A stretch of DNA of 64,000 nucleotides, from NCBI RefSeq assembly GCF_018350175.1, contig NC_058383.1:10356001-10420000 (forward strand), written 5' to 3'. Within the stretch, counting starts at the first letter, position 1; each line of letters opens with the position of its first letter. This DNA comes from Felis catus. Its lineage: Eukaryota. Below the pieces are notes generated by a model, which did no database searches, was not told the DNA's origin, and saw only the letters and a program-made list of their open reading frames with translations. A program made the position numbers and the translations under genes. Below, in pieces: positions 24,035-35,522 of this stretch.

Positions 24035-24406
24035 TTTTTTTTTAAAGATTTTATTTATATTTATTTATTTATTTAAAAATATTTTTTTTTACATTTTATT
24101 TCTTTATATTTTGATAGAGAGAGACAGAACACAAGTGGGGGAGGGGCAGAGAGAGAGAGACGGTGACACAGAATCCGAAGCAGGGTCCGGGCTCCTGGCT
24201 GTCAGCACAGAGCCCGACGCGGGGCTTGAACTCACAAACCGCGAGATCATGACCTGAGCCGAAGCCGGACGCTTAACCGACTGAGCCACCCAGGCGCCCT
24301 TATTTTTGTTTATTTTTTTAAGTAAATTCTATGCCCAAGGTGGGGCTTGAACTTACAACCCCAAGCTCAAGAGTCTCATGGTCTACCAACTGTGCCAGCC
24401 AGGCAC
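24035..24406 (-). mobile_element. Feline SINEC (~24075-24299) inserted in the tail of a short SINEC_old-type element (body ~24300-24406)
   Basis: Full CT-tract SINE followed by ..GGTGGGGCTTGAACTTACAACCCCAAGCTCAAGAGTCTCATGGTCTACCAACTGTGCCAGCCAGGCAC; TTTTAAAGATTTTATTTA tail at ~24040. Confidence 0.88.
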
Positions 24407-25044
24407 GGTTTTTCCTTCCAGCGCTTTGAATATGTCACCCACTGCCCCTGGCCTCCATGGCGTCTGATGAGAGCTCAGCTGTTAACCTTATTGAGGATCC
24501 TGTGTATGTGATAAATCACTATCTCTTGCTGCTTTCAAGACTCTTTCTTTGTCTTTTGACAGTTGGATTATGATGAATGTAGGTGTGGATCTCTGCGTTT
24601 TTCCTAGTTGAAGATTTTTAAACTTCTTGGATATGTACAGTCATATTTTAATCAACTTTGGGACATTTTTGGTCATTATTTCTTGAAATATTCTTTCTCC
24701 CCTTCTCCCTCTTCCCTCTCCTTCTGAGATTCCCATTACGCTTGTGTTGCTATGCTTTCGGTATCCTACAGGTCTCTGAGGATGTGTTCAGTTTTCCTCC
24801 CCCTACCGCTTTTTTGTTTTTAAACTCCTCCTCTATCTGGATAATCTCGATTGAGCTGTCTTCAAGTTCCAATTCTTTCTTTACCTGAATCTGTGGAGCC
24901 CCTCTAGTGAAATTATCATGTAGTTATTGTACTTTTCAACTCCAGAATTTCTATCTGGTTCACGTTTAGGATTTAAGAAACTTTATTGATATTCTCCACT
25001 GATATTCCCTGTGTTTTAGACACGGTTTCTTTTAGCTCTTTGAA

Positions 25045-25258
25045 TTTTTTTTTTCAACATTTATTTATTTTTGGGACAGAGAGAGACAGAGCATGAACGG
25101 GGGAGGGGCAGAGAGAGAGGGAGACACAGAATCGGAAACAGGCTCCAGGCTCTGAGCCATCAGCCCAGAGCCTGAGGCGGGGCTCGAACTCACGGACCGC
25201 GAGATCGTGACCTGGCTGAAGTCGGACGCTTTAACCGACTGCGCCACCCAGGCGCCCC
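25045..25258 (-). mobile_element. Young feline SINEC (SINEC_Fc type)
   Basis: Young-subfamily diagnostics; 17-bp TSD TCTTTTAGCTCTTTGAA (25028-25044/25260-25276). Confidence 0.97.
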
Positions 25259-26459
25259 ATCTTTTAGCTCTTTGAACATACCTAAAATAGCTGCTGTAGC
25301 CTGTCTAGAAAATCCGTTGTCTGGGCTCCATTCACGACGATCTCTACCAATTCCTTTTTCTCTCCGGGTGTGGGCCATACTTTTTTCTTTGTTGAAAACA
25401 GGACATTTTGAATACTATAATGTATAACTCTGGTAATCATTCTCCCCCTCCCCCCAGGGTGTGTGACTGTTGCCTTTGTAGAGTGGCTTTTCTGAACCAG
25501 TTCTGTATTCTTCCTTATCTGTGGCTACTGAAGCCTGTTATAGGTCAGCTTCGCGGTCATCTAAGGATTGGATAGAAGTATTGTTATGCCTTCCGGGAAC
25601 AACAAAAAGTCTCCCAATCTTTGTTGAAGGTCTCCATATGCATGTTGCGCCCTCCTTCATCCCTCAGCCTGGCAATTTACAGCTCTGCAATACTTTTCAC
25701 TTCCTGCTTGTGCCGAACCCGAAGGTCAGCCAGAGGTGAGAGCTTAGGGCCTTGTCAGGTCTTTTCTTAGCAAGCATACATCCCTGGGCACAGGCATTAC
25801 CTTCTGGATTCTTAGAAATATGGCACGGCTGTTACATCCCTTATGGAGCACACGTTCCCAGCCTTTCTTACCAAGCTTTTTGGTTATATTATGGTTTGCC
25901 CCACTGCTAGCCAGTGCCTCCGGCAGAATGGACTAAAACATTTGCCGTCAGGCCAAAAAAAAAAAAAAAAAAAGCAAGTATCAGCTAGCCTTCTGAGCTG
26001 ATCTTACTACCGGATTGGAAGTTAAAAAACTACATTTTCTTTTTTTGTGAATGAGGTCTGTTCCGCCTCCACCGCTAGCAATAGGGGCTATAATTGTGAA
26101 GACTCCCACGGCCCTGGAGAGTGGGAGATTGGACTGGGGTAAGTTTAAATGCCACGAAGCTTGCTGTTTTGCTGAGATTCCGTTGTTTTTCTTGAATACA
26201 CGCTCTCAGGTTGCGGCAAACCTTTAATGTCCACAGTCGCAAAAAAAAAAAAAAAAAATTATTCTGACGGTTTTTGCATTTTCTTTTCTTGGTACTTTTG
26301 TTGAATGATGGGATTTTGGAGTTTCTTCCTCTGCCGTGTTCGCTGACATCACTCCTCCAGTAGCATAGTTTTTTGAGTTATTCATGTGGTTGCATAAATC
26401 AGTAATTTGTTCCTTTTTATTGGTGGGTAGTATTCCACTGTATGGATATACCACTTTTT

Positions 26460-26678
26460 TTTAATTTTTTTTTTTTTACATTTATTTATTTTTGAGAGAC
26501 AGAGAGAGACACAGCATGAGCAGGGGAGGGGCAGAGAGAGGAGACACAGAATCTGAAGCAGACTCCAGGCTCTGAGCTGTCAGCACAGAGCCGGACGTGG
26601 GGCACGAACCCATGAACTGTGAGATCATGACCTGAGCTGAAGTCGGACACTCAACCGACTGAGTCACCCAGGTGCACC
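26460..26678 (-). mobile_element. Feline SINEC
   Basis: SINEC body; TSD TGGATATACCACTTTTT (26443-26459/26679-26695). Confidence 0.96.
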
Positions 26679-26744
26679 TGGATATACCACTTTTTAAAAT
26701 TCATGCACTTTTTAGTAGACATCTGGATTTTTCTCAGTTTCAAA

Positions 26745-26890
26745 CTATTATAATATATAACTATATATATAATTATATACATAATATATAATATATAATT
26801 ATATATATAATTATATATATAATATATAATATAGTGTAATGTAATATATACTATATATATTATTACATACATAATTATATATCATAATAA
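26745..26890. repeat. AT-rich low-complexity (TA/TAA) tract
   Basis: About 145 bp, almost entirely A/T with irregular TATA/TAATAT units. Confidence 0.9.
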
Positions 26891-28861
26891 AGCTGCTATA
26901 TACATTTGTATATGGGGCTATGTGTGAGCATATGATTTCATTTCTCTTGGATACCTATCCAAGAATGAGATTTTTGGATCATATGATAACTATTTGTTTA
27001 ATTTAGTAAGGGTGGGTCCTCCAACTGTATTTTTCTTTTTCAAATTTGTTGTAACTAGTCTAGTTCCTTGGTCTTTACATATAAATTTTAGAATCAGCTT
27101 GTATATATGTACAAAACTCTATTTAAGATGTTGATTTGGAAAGTGTTGTCATCCTCCTTATAAAAGTCTTCTAATCCATGAACATGGTATGCCTCTCCAT
27201 TTATTTAGGTCTTTCTAGATTCGTTTTAAAAGTGTTTGTAATTTCTAGCGTAAAGATCCTGCACGTGTTTTTTTGTTTTTTTGTTTTTTTAGTTTTATAC
27301 CCAGGTATTTCTTGTTTTGATGCTATTCCAAATGGTACTGTCTTTAAATTTTCAGTTCCCAATTGTTTGCTGATAGTGCGTAGATATATATAAAATTGTA
27401 TGTTTCTATCTTTATAAATTTATTCATAGTTTTTGGAGGTTTTTCGTGGATTTCTTGGGATTTCCTATGGAGACGATTATATGTGTTTAACGAATAGGGA
27501 CAGTGTTTAGTTCTTCCTTTCTAATCGGTGTGCTCTTTATTTCTTTTCCTGTTTTATTGTCCTAGCTTGGTCTTCCAATAAAATGTTAAATAGAAGTGGT
27601 GACAGTGAACATTCTTATCTTGTTTCTGAACTTAGGGAAAGCATGCAGTTCTTTACCAGTATTTCAGCTCTGGGTAATTTGTAGATACCTTTATCAGGCT
27701 GAGGAATTTTCTGTCTATTTCTACTTTGATGAGAGGTTGCACCCAGAATGGATGTTGAATCTTGTCAAATGCTTCTCCTGCATACATTAATATGATCATA
27801 TGCTTTTTCTTCTTTAGACTGTTAATAAAATGGATTGCATTAATTAGTTTGCAAATATTGAACCCTGGGATTGAACCCTTTTATCCTGGGATAAAACTCA
27901 CTTTTTTGTGGTGTATTATTTTACTATATATTGATGGATTCAATTTGCTATTCTTTCTGAGGGTTTTATGTCTATGTTCCTAAGGACCATGGGTCTATAT
28001 AGACTTATCTTTTTGCACTATCATAGTCTAGTTTGGGTATAAAAGTACTGCTGGCCTCATACAACAAATTTGGGAGTGTTCACGCTTCTATTTTCTTGAA
28101 GGGATTGCATAATATTGGTGATTTTCTTCTTTAAATCTTTGGTAAAATTCTCCAGAGAAATTATTTGGACCTGGAGATTTCTTCTTTGGAAAGTTTTTAA
28201 CTACAAATTCAATTTCTTTAATAGTATGGGACTATTCAGGTTATCTGTTTTACCTTGGGTGAGTTTTGGTAGTTTGTGGTTTTTGAGAAATTTGTCTAAT
28301 TCAGTTTTTTCTTTTCTTTCTCTCTTTCTTTCTTTCATTCATTCTTTCTTTCTTCTTTCTCTTATTTGGTTAGAGGCTTAAGAATTTTCTACATCCTTTC
28401 TAAAACCCAGCTTTTGGTTTAAATGATTTCTTTATTGGTTTTGCCTTCAATGTCATTGTTTTCTGCTCTTTGCTTTTTCCTTATTTCTGCTTGCTTTGAG
28501 TTTACTCTTTTTAGAAATAGATTATTAAAGTGAAAGCTTAGGTTATTGATTTGAGACCTTTCTTATATTCTAATACAATCATTTAATGCTATAAATTTCC
28601 TCTGAAGAGTATGTTGGCTGCATCCATAGTTTTTGATAAGTTGTGTTTTCATTTTCATTCAAATTTAAATATTTTCTAACTTCCCTTGATTTTTCCTCTT
28701 TTACCTTGGATTATTTAGAAGTGTGGTGCTAATTTTCAGATCTTTAAATATTTTCCAGTTTTATTTCTATTACTGACCTCTCATCTCTAGTTAAATTCCA
28801 TTATCATCTGAGAACATAGTTTATATAATTCTAACTTTAAAATATTTATTAAGGCTTATTT

Positions 28862-29081
28862 AAAAAAATTTTTTTTAATGTTTTTATTTATTTTTGAGAG
28901 AGACAGAGACAGAATGTGAGTGGGTTAGGGGCAGAGAGAGAGGGAGACACAGAAGCAGAAGCAGGCTCCAGGCTCTGAGCTGTCAGCACAGAGCCCGATG
29001 GGGGCCTCGAACTCACCGACCGTGAGATCGTGACCTGAGCCGAAGTCGGACGCTCAACCGACTGAGCCACCCAGGCGCCCC
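28862..29081 (-). mobile_element. Feline SINEC
   Basis: SINEC body; TSD AAGGCTTATTT (28851-28861/29082-29092). Confidence 0.96.
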
Positions 29082-29865
29082 AAGGCTTATTTTTTTATTG
29101 AGGATATAAATACAAATATAAAAAATATATAAATAATATAAATATAAATATAAATACTCTATGTGCGCTTGAAAAGAATGTATATTATATTGTTGTGGAT
29201 AGAGTGTTTTATCAATTTTAGTCGGTTGATGGTGTTGTTCAGTTCTTCTATGTTTTCTGATTTTCTACTTGTTCTATCCATTACTGAAAGAGAAGCATTG
29301 AAGTTTCCAACTATAATTGTGGATTTGCCTATTTCACCTTCAATTCTGTCAGTTTTTGCTTCAGATGTTTGAAGTTCTGTGGTTAGATGTTTCACATTTT
29401 AAATCAGGTTGTCTTGTTTTTTTATCATCATGTAATTTCCCTCTTTATCCCTGTTAAATTTCTTTGCTCCAAGGTGTGTGTTTGCTGATAATACAGCCAC
29501 TTGAGTTTTCCTTTGATTAATGTTCACACAGAATATTTTTTCCCTTCTATTACTTTCATCCTACCTTACTAGACTGTATAGTCATATCTTAAAAAAAAAA
29601 AAAATCTGTTTTGACAATCTTTGTCTTCTAATTGGTGTGATTAGACCCTTTACATTTATTATAATTATTGATGTGTTTGGATTTAGAAATAGCATTTTCT
29701 TCATTATTTTCTGATTGTTCCCTATGTTTTTTATTCCTCTTTTTTTCCCTTTTACTGCTTCTTTTAGGTTATTTGGATATTGTTTAGTATTACATCTTAA
29801 TATGTCATTTGATCATTTTACTATATCTCTATATAGTTTTTTTAGTGGTTACTCCAGCAATGACT

Positions 29866-29942
29866 ATATATATATATATATATATATAGTCTCTCTATAT
29901 AGTATTTCTCTCTCTCTCTCTCTCTTTATATATATATATATA
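29866..29942. repeat. Compound (TA)n/(CT)n/(TA)n microsatellite
   Basis: TATATA..GTCTCTCTATATAG..CTCTCTCT..TATATATA seen directly. Confidence 0.9.
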
Positions 29943-30803
29943 CTAAAATTTTTTCACATTCTACTTAGAATTAATATTTTACCACTTGTAGTGAAATGTA
30001 GGACCTTTACCACAGTATAGATCTCTTTAACCTGTTGATGTTCATATGTATTACATTCACATACATTGAAAACACCATTAAAATCCAAAAGAGTTCTAAA
30101 AATAAAGCCCCTAATTATGCATATTCTAAAGAACCCAAAAGGAAAAATATTTTATTACGTTTACCCAATTATTTACCATTTCTGGTGTTCTGCCTTCATT
30201 TCTGAGGGTCTAAGATCCCCTCTGGTATTACTTCTTTCTTGTTTGAAGAATTTCCTTGAGCATTTCTTTTACTGTAGTTCTATGCCAACAAATTCTCTTA
30301 TTCCTGTAATGCCTTTTACATTTATCCCTGGAGGATATTTTCCCTAGATATAGAATTTTGGGTTGAGAAATTTTTTCTTTCAGCACTTAAAAGGTGTTGT
30401 GTTGAACTCCTTCTAGCCCTCATAATTTCAGAGGATAAATCCCTAGTCATTCGAGTAATTATTACCTTGTGTGTAATGTGTCATTTTTCTATGTCTACTT
30501 TTAAGGTATTTTCTTAAATTGGTCTACTATTTTCTTTAGTATTCAGTATTTTTATTATGATGTATCTGGGTGTGGATTTCCTTGAGCTTATGCTAATTGG
30601 GATATGCTGTGCTTCTTGAATCTGTAAGTGTATTTTCCCCCCAAGTTTCAGAAGTGTTAAACCTTTATTTCCTCATATATTTTTCTATACCACACCCTTT
30701 GTCCTCTACTAATACTCTGCTCATTTTTTTCTAATCTATTCCATCTCTGTTGTTCATGTTGGGTAATTTTTAAAGCTTATTTTCAAGTTTATTGGCTCTT
30801 TCT

Positions 30804-31031
30804 TTTTTTTTTTAAATTTTTTTTCAACGTTTATTTATTTATTTTTGGGACAGAGAGAGACAGAGCATGAACGGGGGAGGGGCAGAGAGAGAGGGAGACA
30901 CAGAATCGGAAACAGGCTCCAGGCTCTGAGCCATCAGCCCAGAGCCTGACGTGGGACTCGAACTCAGGGACCGCGAGATCGTGACCTGGCTGAAGTCGGA
31001 CGCTTAACCGACTGCGCCACCCAGGCGCCCC
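30804..31031 (-). mobile_element. Young feline SINEC (SINEC_Fc type)
   Basis: Young-subfamily diagnostics; TSD TGGCTCTTTCT (30793-30803/31032-31042). Confidence 0.97.
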
Positions 31032-31286
31032 TGGCTCTTTCTAATGTTATGTACATTCTGCTATTGAGTGTATCTGGTGAACTTTAAATTTTAATTATTG
31101 TACTTTTCAGTTCTAAAATATCTACTTGGTTCTTTTCAAATATCTTCTATTTCTCTACTGAGCGTTTCTATCCTTCCATTTATTTTCCAAAAATATTCTC
31201 CCCTATGGTTAAATTTAAATAAATGGAGTGCTTTAAAATATTGGCCTGTTAATTACAACAACAGCATCCTAAACTGAGTTTTTTAA

Positions 31287-31498
31287 TTTTTTTTTCAACG
31301 TTTATTTATTTTTGGGACAGAGAGAGACAGAGCATGAACGGGGGAGGGGCAGAGAGAGAGGGAGACACAGAACCAGAAACAAGCTCCAGGCTCCGAGCCA
31401 TCAGCCCAGAGCCCGACGCGGGGCTCGAACTCCAGGACCGCGAGATCATGACCTGGCTGAAGTCGGACGCTTAACCGACTGCGCCACCCAGGCGCCCC
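31287..31498 (-). mobile_element. Young feline SINEC (SINEC_Fc type)
   Basis: Young-subfamily diagnostics; 17-bp TSD TAAACTGAGTTTTTTAA (31270-31286/31499-31515). Confidence 0.97.
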
Positions 31499-31524
31499 TA
31501 AACTGAGTTTTTTAAAGAGCAGTT

Positions 31525-31748
31525 TTTCCTTTTAAAAAAATGTCTGTTTACTTATTTTTGAAAGAGAGAGAGAGAGGCAGAGCGTAAGCGGGGGAGGGGC
31601 AGAAAGAGAGGGAGACACAGAATCTGAAACAGGCTCCAGGCTCTGAGCTGTCAGTGCAGAGCCCAAGGCGGGGCTCAAACTCGGGAACCGTGAGATCATG
31701 ACCTGAGCCCAAGTCAGAGGCTTAACTTACTGAGCCACCCAGGTGCTG
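31525..31748 (-). mobile_element. Feline SINEC
   Basis: SINEC body with GA tract. Confidence 0.93.
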
Positions 31749-31901
31749 CTCCTGCTTCTTCTTCTTTTTTTTGCAAGATCTTTGTTTTTGGTATCAAGGT
31801 AATGCTGGCCTCAAAAAATGAATTGGAAAGTACTCTGTTTCAATTTTCTGAAAGAGTCTGCATATGTTTGATAATATTTCTTAATTAAAAATTTTGCTCT
31901 T

Positions 31902-32095
31902 GGGGCACCTGGGTGGTCAGTCAATTGAACTTTCAACTCTTGATTTCAGCTTGGGTCGTGATCTCACGGCTTTGGGATTGAGCCCTGCAATGGGTTCTGT
32001 GCTGGGCCTGGAGCCTAGTAAGTTTCTCTCTTTCTCTCTCTCTCTCTCTGCCCCTCTCCCCCAGTCGTGTGCTCTCTCTTTCAAAAAATAAAAAT
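31902..32095 (+). mobile_element. Carnivore SINEC (older)
   Basis: GGGGCACCTGGGTGGTCAG..CTCTTGATTTCAGC.., CT tract, A tail. Confidence 0.9.
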
Positions 32096-32097
32096 GA

Positions 32098-32333
32098 GGG
32101 GCGCCTGGGTGGCTCAGTTGGTTGAGCATCTGACTTCAACTCAGGCCATGATCTCACGGTTCGTGGGTTCAAGCCCCGTGTCAGGCTCTGTGCTGACAGC
32201 TCAGAGCCTGGAGTCTGCTTCAGATTCACTCTGTGTGTATGTGTCTCTCTCTCTGCCTCTCCCCCACTCATGCTCACGCTCTCTCTCTCTCTTTCTCAAA
32301 AATGGAAACTTAAAAAATTGAAAATAAATAAAA
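32098..32333 (+). mobile_element. Feline SINEC inserted in the tail of the preceding SINE
   Basis: GGGGCGCCTGGGTGGCTCAG head; AAATAAAAATG repeated on both sides. Confidence 0.94.
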
Positions 32334-32339
32334 ATGGAG

Positions 32340-32455
32340 AAAAGTACACTCATTGTGATGAGCATTGCATAACGTATAGAATTGCTGAATCACTATATAG
32401 CATGCCTGAAACTAATACAACACTGTATGTTAATTATACTGGAATTAAAAACAAA
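32340..32455 (+). mobile_element. Short carnivore-type L1 3' terminus
   Basis: TTGTGATGAGCATTG..GTATAGAATTGCTGAATCACTATAT..CCTGAAACTAATACAACACTGTATGTTAATTATACTGGAATTAAAA. Confidence 0.8.
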
Positions 32456-33159
32456 ATCCCTCTAAATACCACTTTAGCTGCATCCTACAAATTGTGATCT
32501 GCTATCTTTTCATTTTCATGCATTTAAAATACATTCTAGTGTCCTATGTAATTCTTCCTTTGACTTATAGGTGATTTAGAAATGTCCTATTTAGGTTCCG
32601 AATATTTGGGAGGATTTCCCACTCATCCTTTTTTTCTTATTGATTTCCAATTTAGTTCCATTGTTGTCACAGAACATATTCTGAGAATCGACTCCTGATC
32701 AATTTATTGAGCCTTGTGTTTTGGTGCAGAATATGTTCTACTTTGGTGACTGTTCCATATGCACCAAAAAAAAAAAAAAAAGATTTTCTGCTATTGTTGA
32801 GTGGAGGGTGCTATAAATGTCAGCTAGGTTGGTGAATACTGTTTTTCGAATTTTCTACACCCTCAGTGATTATCCATGTGCTGTCCTATCAATTGTTGAA
32901 GGGATAGTGTTGAAAATTTCTCGCTATGGTTCTTGACACATCTGTCTCTGCATGGAGTTTTTGCTTCATGTATTTTGAACCTCTGTTTTTAGGAACATAT
33001 CATTTAGGATCGTGACGGCCTCTTAATGAACTGACCACTTCATTATTATGAAAGGTGATCATTATCACCTTCCTTGTCTCTGGTAATAGTCTTTGTCTCA
33101 AAATCTACTTTGTCTGTTATTTATATAACAGGCACTCTGGCTTTACTTTGATTAGTGTT

Positions 33160-33660
33160 AGATATAAATTAATACATATAATATATATAAATAAAATAGA
33201 CATATCTACATATGTAGACATCTGTATATTATAAATATATAAAAATATATTATATTATATATAATATATTATATATTATCTATATATTTATAGATATATA
33301 AATATATATAATATATTATATATTATCTATATATTTATAGATATATAAATATATATAATATATTATATATTATCTATATATTTATGGATCTATAAATATA
33401 TATAATATATGATATATTATCTATATATTTATAGATATATAAATATATATAATATATCATATATTATCTATATATTTATAGATATATAAATATATATAAT
33501 ATATATAATTATATGTCTATATATAGATATATAAATATATAAAATATATAAATATATATAAATAAATATATATAAATATATAAAATATAAAAAATATATA
33601 AATATATAAAATATATAAGTATATAAATATAGATATATTTATAATATATGTAAAATATAT
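33160..33660. repeat. AT-rich region containing a 47-bp minisatellite (~5 copies, ~33256-33505)
   Basis: Unit TATATATTTATAGATATATAAATATATATAATATATTATATATTATC; the terminal C recurs at 33280, 33327, 33374, 33421 and 33468 (period 47). Confidence 0.93.
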
Positions 33661-34075
33661 TGCAATCAGGTTGTCACCCTGTGCTTCTGACCTATTGGCT
33701 ATAGATCTGAGGTTCCCACAACCCCCCTCTTCAGTTTTGATTTATTTGCTAGAGTGGCTCACAGATGATTAGAAGTTTGGAACTTTAAACCCCACATCCC
33801 ATTCTATAGAGAAGGGGGAGGGACTGGAAATGGGATGACCAGCCCCCATCCAGGAGCTCACCAAGAGCCAGCTCGTTAGTACAAAAGACAATGCTATCAC
33901 CCAGGAAATTCCAAGGGATTTAGGAACTCTGTGTCAAGAACTGGGGTCAGAGACCAAATATTAAAACAAAAGATGCTCCTCACGCTCTTATCACTTAGGA
34001 AATTACATGGGTTTTAGGGGCTGTGTGCCAGGAACTGAGTGCAGAGACAGATTTTATTATATTATATATTATATT
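33661..34075 (-). mobile_element. MER21-like LTR, internally deleted with a short inverted segment
   Basis: Minus strand shows ..CAGTTCCTGGCACACAGCCCCTAAAACCC..GGATGGGGGCTGGTCA.. and ..CTGTGAGCCACTCTAGCAAATAAATC..GGGGTTGTGGGAACC..GGTCAGAAGCACAGG, matching MER21 as I recall it. Confidence 0.75.
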
Positions 34076-34117
34076 CATATATATATTGTTTCTATTATCA
34101 TATATAATTTTTCATTA

Positions 34118-34340
34118 AATTTTTTTTGTATTTATTTATTTATTTTGAGAGAGAGAGAGAAAGAGACCGAGAGAGAGCACAAGCAGGGGAGGGGCAGAGA
34201 GAGGGAGAAACAGAATCCCAGGAAGCCTCCACACCTAGCAAGGAGCCTTAAGTGGGGCTCAATCCCACGAACCATGAGATCACGACCTGAACTGAAATCA
34301 AGAGCTGGATGCTTAACTGACTGAACTACCCAGCCACTCC
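34118..34340 (-). mobile_element. Carnivore SINEC (older)
   Basis: ..GAGATCACGACCTGAACTGAAATCAAGAG..GACTGAACTACCCAGCCACTCC. Confidence 0.9.
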
Positions 34341-34439
34341 TATATTTTTTTTCATTTTTAAATTTCTTTGGTTTATTTAGACAACGTCGTTGGGTCTGGC
34401 CTTTCTTATCCAATCTGACAATCTCTGCCTTTTAACTTT

Positions 34440-34661
34440 TAATGTTGTTTTTTTTTTTAACATTTATTCATTTTTGAGAGTGAGAGAGACAGAGCGCAAC
34501 TGGGCAAGGGACAGAGAGAGAGGGAGACACAGAATCTGGAGCAGGCTCTAGGCTGGGAGCTGTCAGCACGGAGCCTGACGTGGGGCTCGGACCCACGGAC
34601 GGCGAGATCATGACCTGAGCCGAAGTCAGACGCCTAACCGACTGAGCCACCCGGGCGCCCC
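34440..34661 (-). mobile_element. Feline SINEC
   Basis: SINEC body; 16-bp TSD TCTGCCTTTTAACTTT (34424-34439/34662-34677). Confidence 0.96.
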
Positions 34662-34699
34662 TCTGCCTTTTAACTTTGAATTGGGGGCATGTAGACCAT

Positions 34700-34882
34700 C
34701 AGTTGAAGAACGTTTTCTGTAAAGGACCAGGTAATAAATATTTTAGGCTTTGTGGGCTACATATGGTCTTTGCTACCTACCCTTCTCCTCTTCTGTTCTT
34801 TAAACTCTTCATACATATACAAATCTTTCCTAGCTTGAGGGCCATGTAAAAACACGGTGCAGGCATAGTTTGCCCTCCCCGC
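34700..34882 (+). mobile_element. MER58-family (hAT-Charlie) MITE
   Basis: TTTTCTGTAAAGGACCAGGTAATAAATATTTTAGGCTTTGTGGGC..GGCATAGTTTGCCCTCCCC. Confidence 0.8.
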
Positions 34883-35522
34883 CATAAACCACTTACATTT
34901 TATGTTATTATTGACATGGTGGGATTTAAATCTCCCATCCTGGTATTTGATTCCTGTTTGACCCATCTGTTTTTTGCTGCCTTTTCCCTTTTTTTTGGCC
35001 TTCTTTTGAATTAATTGAATATTTTTTATGATTCTCTTTGATCTCATTCGTTGGTTTATTTGGTATAACTCTCAGTTTTTTATGATTTAGTGATTGCTTT
35101 ATGGCTTAGAGTACACATCTTTAACTTATTAGTGTACCATCAAGCAGCATACTCCCACTTAAAATATAGCGTAAAAACTTTGCCCTATTATTATATTTCT
35201 GGTTTTCCCCTTCTAAGTCTTGTGCTCACGCTGTCATATATTGTGCTTGTGCATGTGACCAACTCCACAATACGTTGTCATTACTTTTGCTCGAGTGAGT
35301 CAATGATCTTGTGAAAAGGTTTTTAAAAATAAGAAAAAAAAAAGGCTCTTACGTTTCCCCACGTACTTACCATTTCTGACGCTCTCCATTCCTTTATGTA
35401 CATCCATATTTCCATCTGGTATCATTTTTCTTCTGTCTGGAGGACTTCCTTTAATATTTGTTGAAGAGACGATCTGCTGGCGATTAATTCTTTCCGCTTT
35501 CGTGTGTGTCCAGAAATCTTTA

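Larger units (their letters stand above)
19807..26355 (-). mobile_element. Second long old L1 (ORF2, ORF1 and 5' UTR), degenerate
   Basis: ORF 20169..20450 ([30 protein letters not shown]) and ORF 20898..21134 ([30 protein letters not shown]) are L1 ORF2 remnants. The 5' end reads GAGTGATGTCAGCGAACACGGCAGAG on the minus strand, paralleling the element at 1-6870. Confidence 0.9.
26356..31270 (-). mobile_element. Third long degenerate L1 (3' fragment, ORF2 RT/EN and ORF1 region)
   Basis: ORF 29159..29395 (IEGEIGKSTIIVGNFNASLSVMDRTSRK, L1 endonuclease); antisense ORF2 text at 27.1-29.7 kb; ORF1-like text at 30.2-31.2 kb. Confidence 0.85.
31770..35520 (-). mobile_element. Fragmented old L1 (ORF2 to ORF1) interrupted by SINEs, a minisatellite, an LTR and MER58
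   Basis: Antisense L1 ORF2 text at 31.77-31.89 kb and 32.46-33.16 kb resumes at ~34.37 kb (..CCAATCTGACAATCTCTGCCTTTTAA..) and runs into ORF1-like text at ~35.3-35.5 kb. Confidence 0.75.

Noticed and set aside
22099..24406. tRNA-Lys-like sequences at 22099-22196, 23462-23596 and 24300-24406
   Set aside because: They carry SINE 5' leaders, A-rich tails and decay mutations, and the first has a clear TSD; they are short CAN-SINEs, not tRNA genes.
344..29395. ORFs resembling reverse transcriptase/endonuclease (344..685, 2871..3053, 20169..20450, 20898..21134, 29159..29395)
   Set aside because: Short frameshifted remnants of dead L1 ORF2; no intact ORF1 or ORF2, so not an active element or a novel RT system.
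33256..33505. Regular palindromic repeat superficially like a CRISPR array
   Set aside because: Units are head-to-tail with no unique spacers, nearly pure A/T, and in mammalian DNA with no cas genes; it is a minisatellite.
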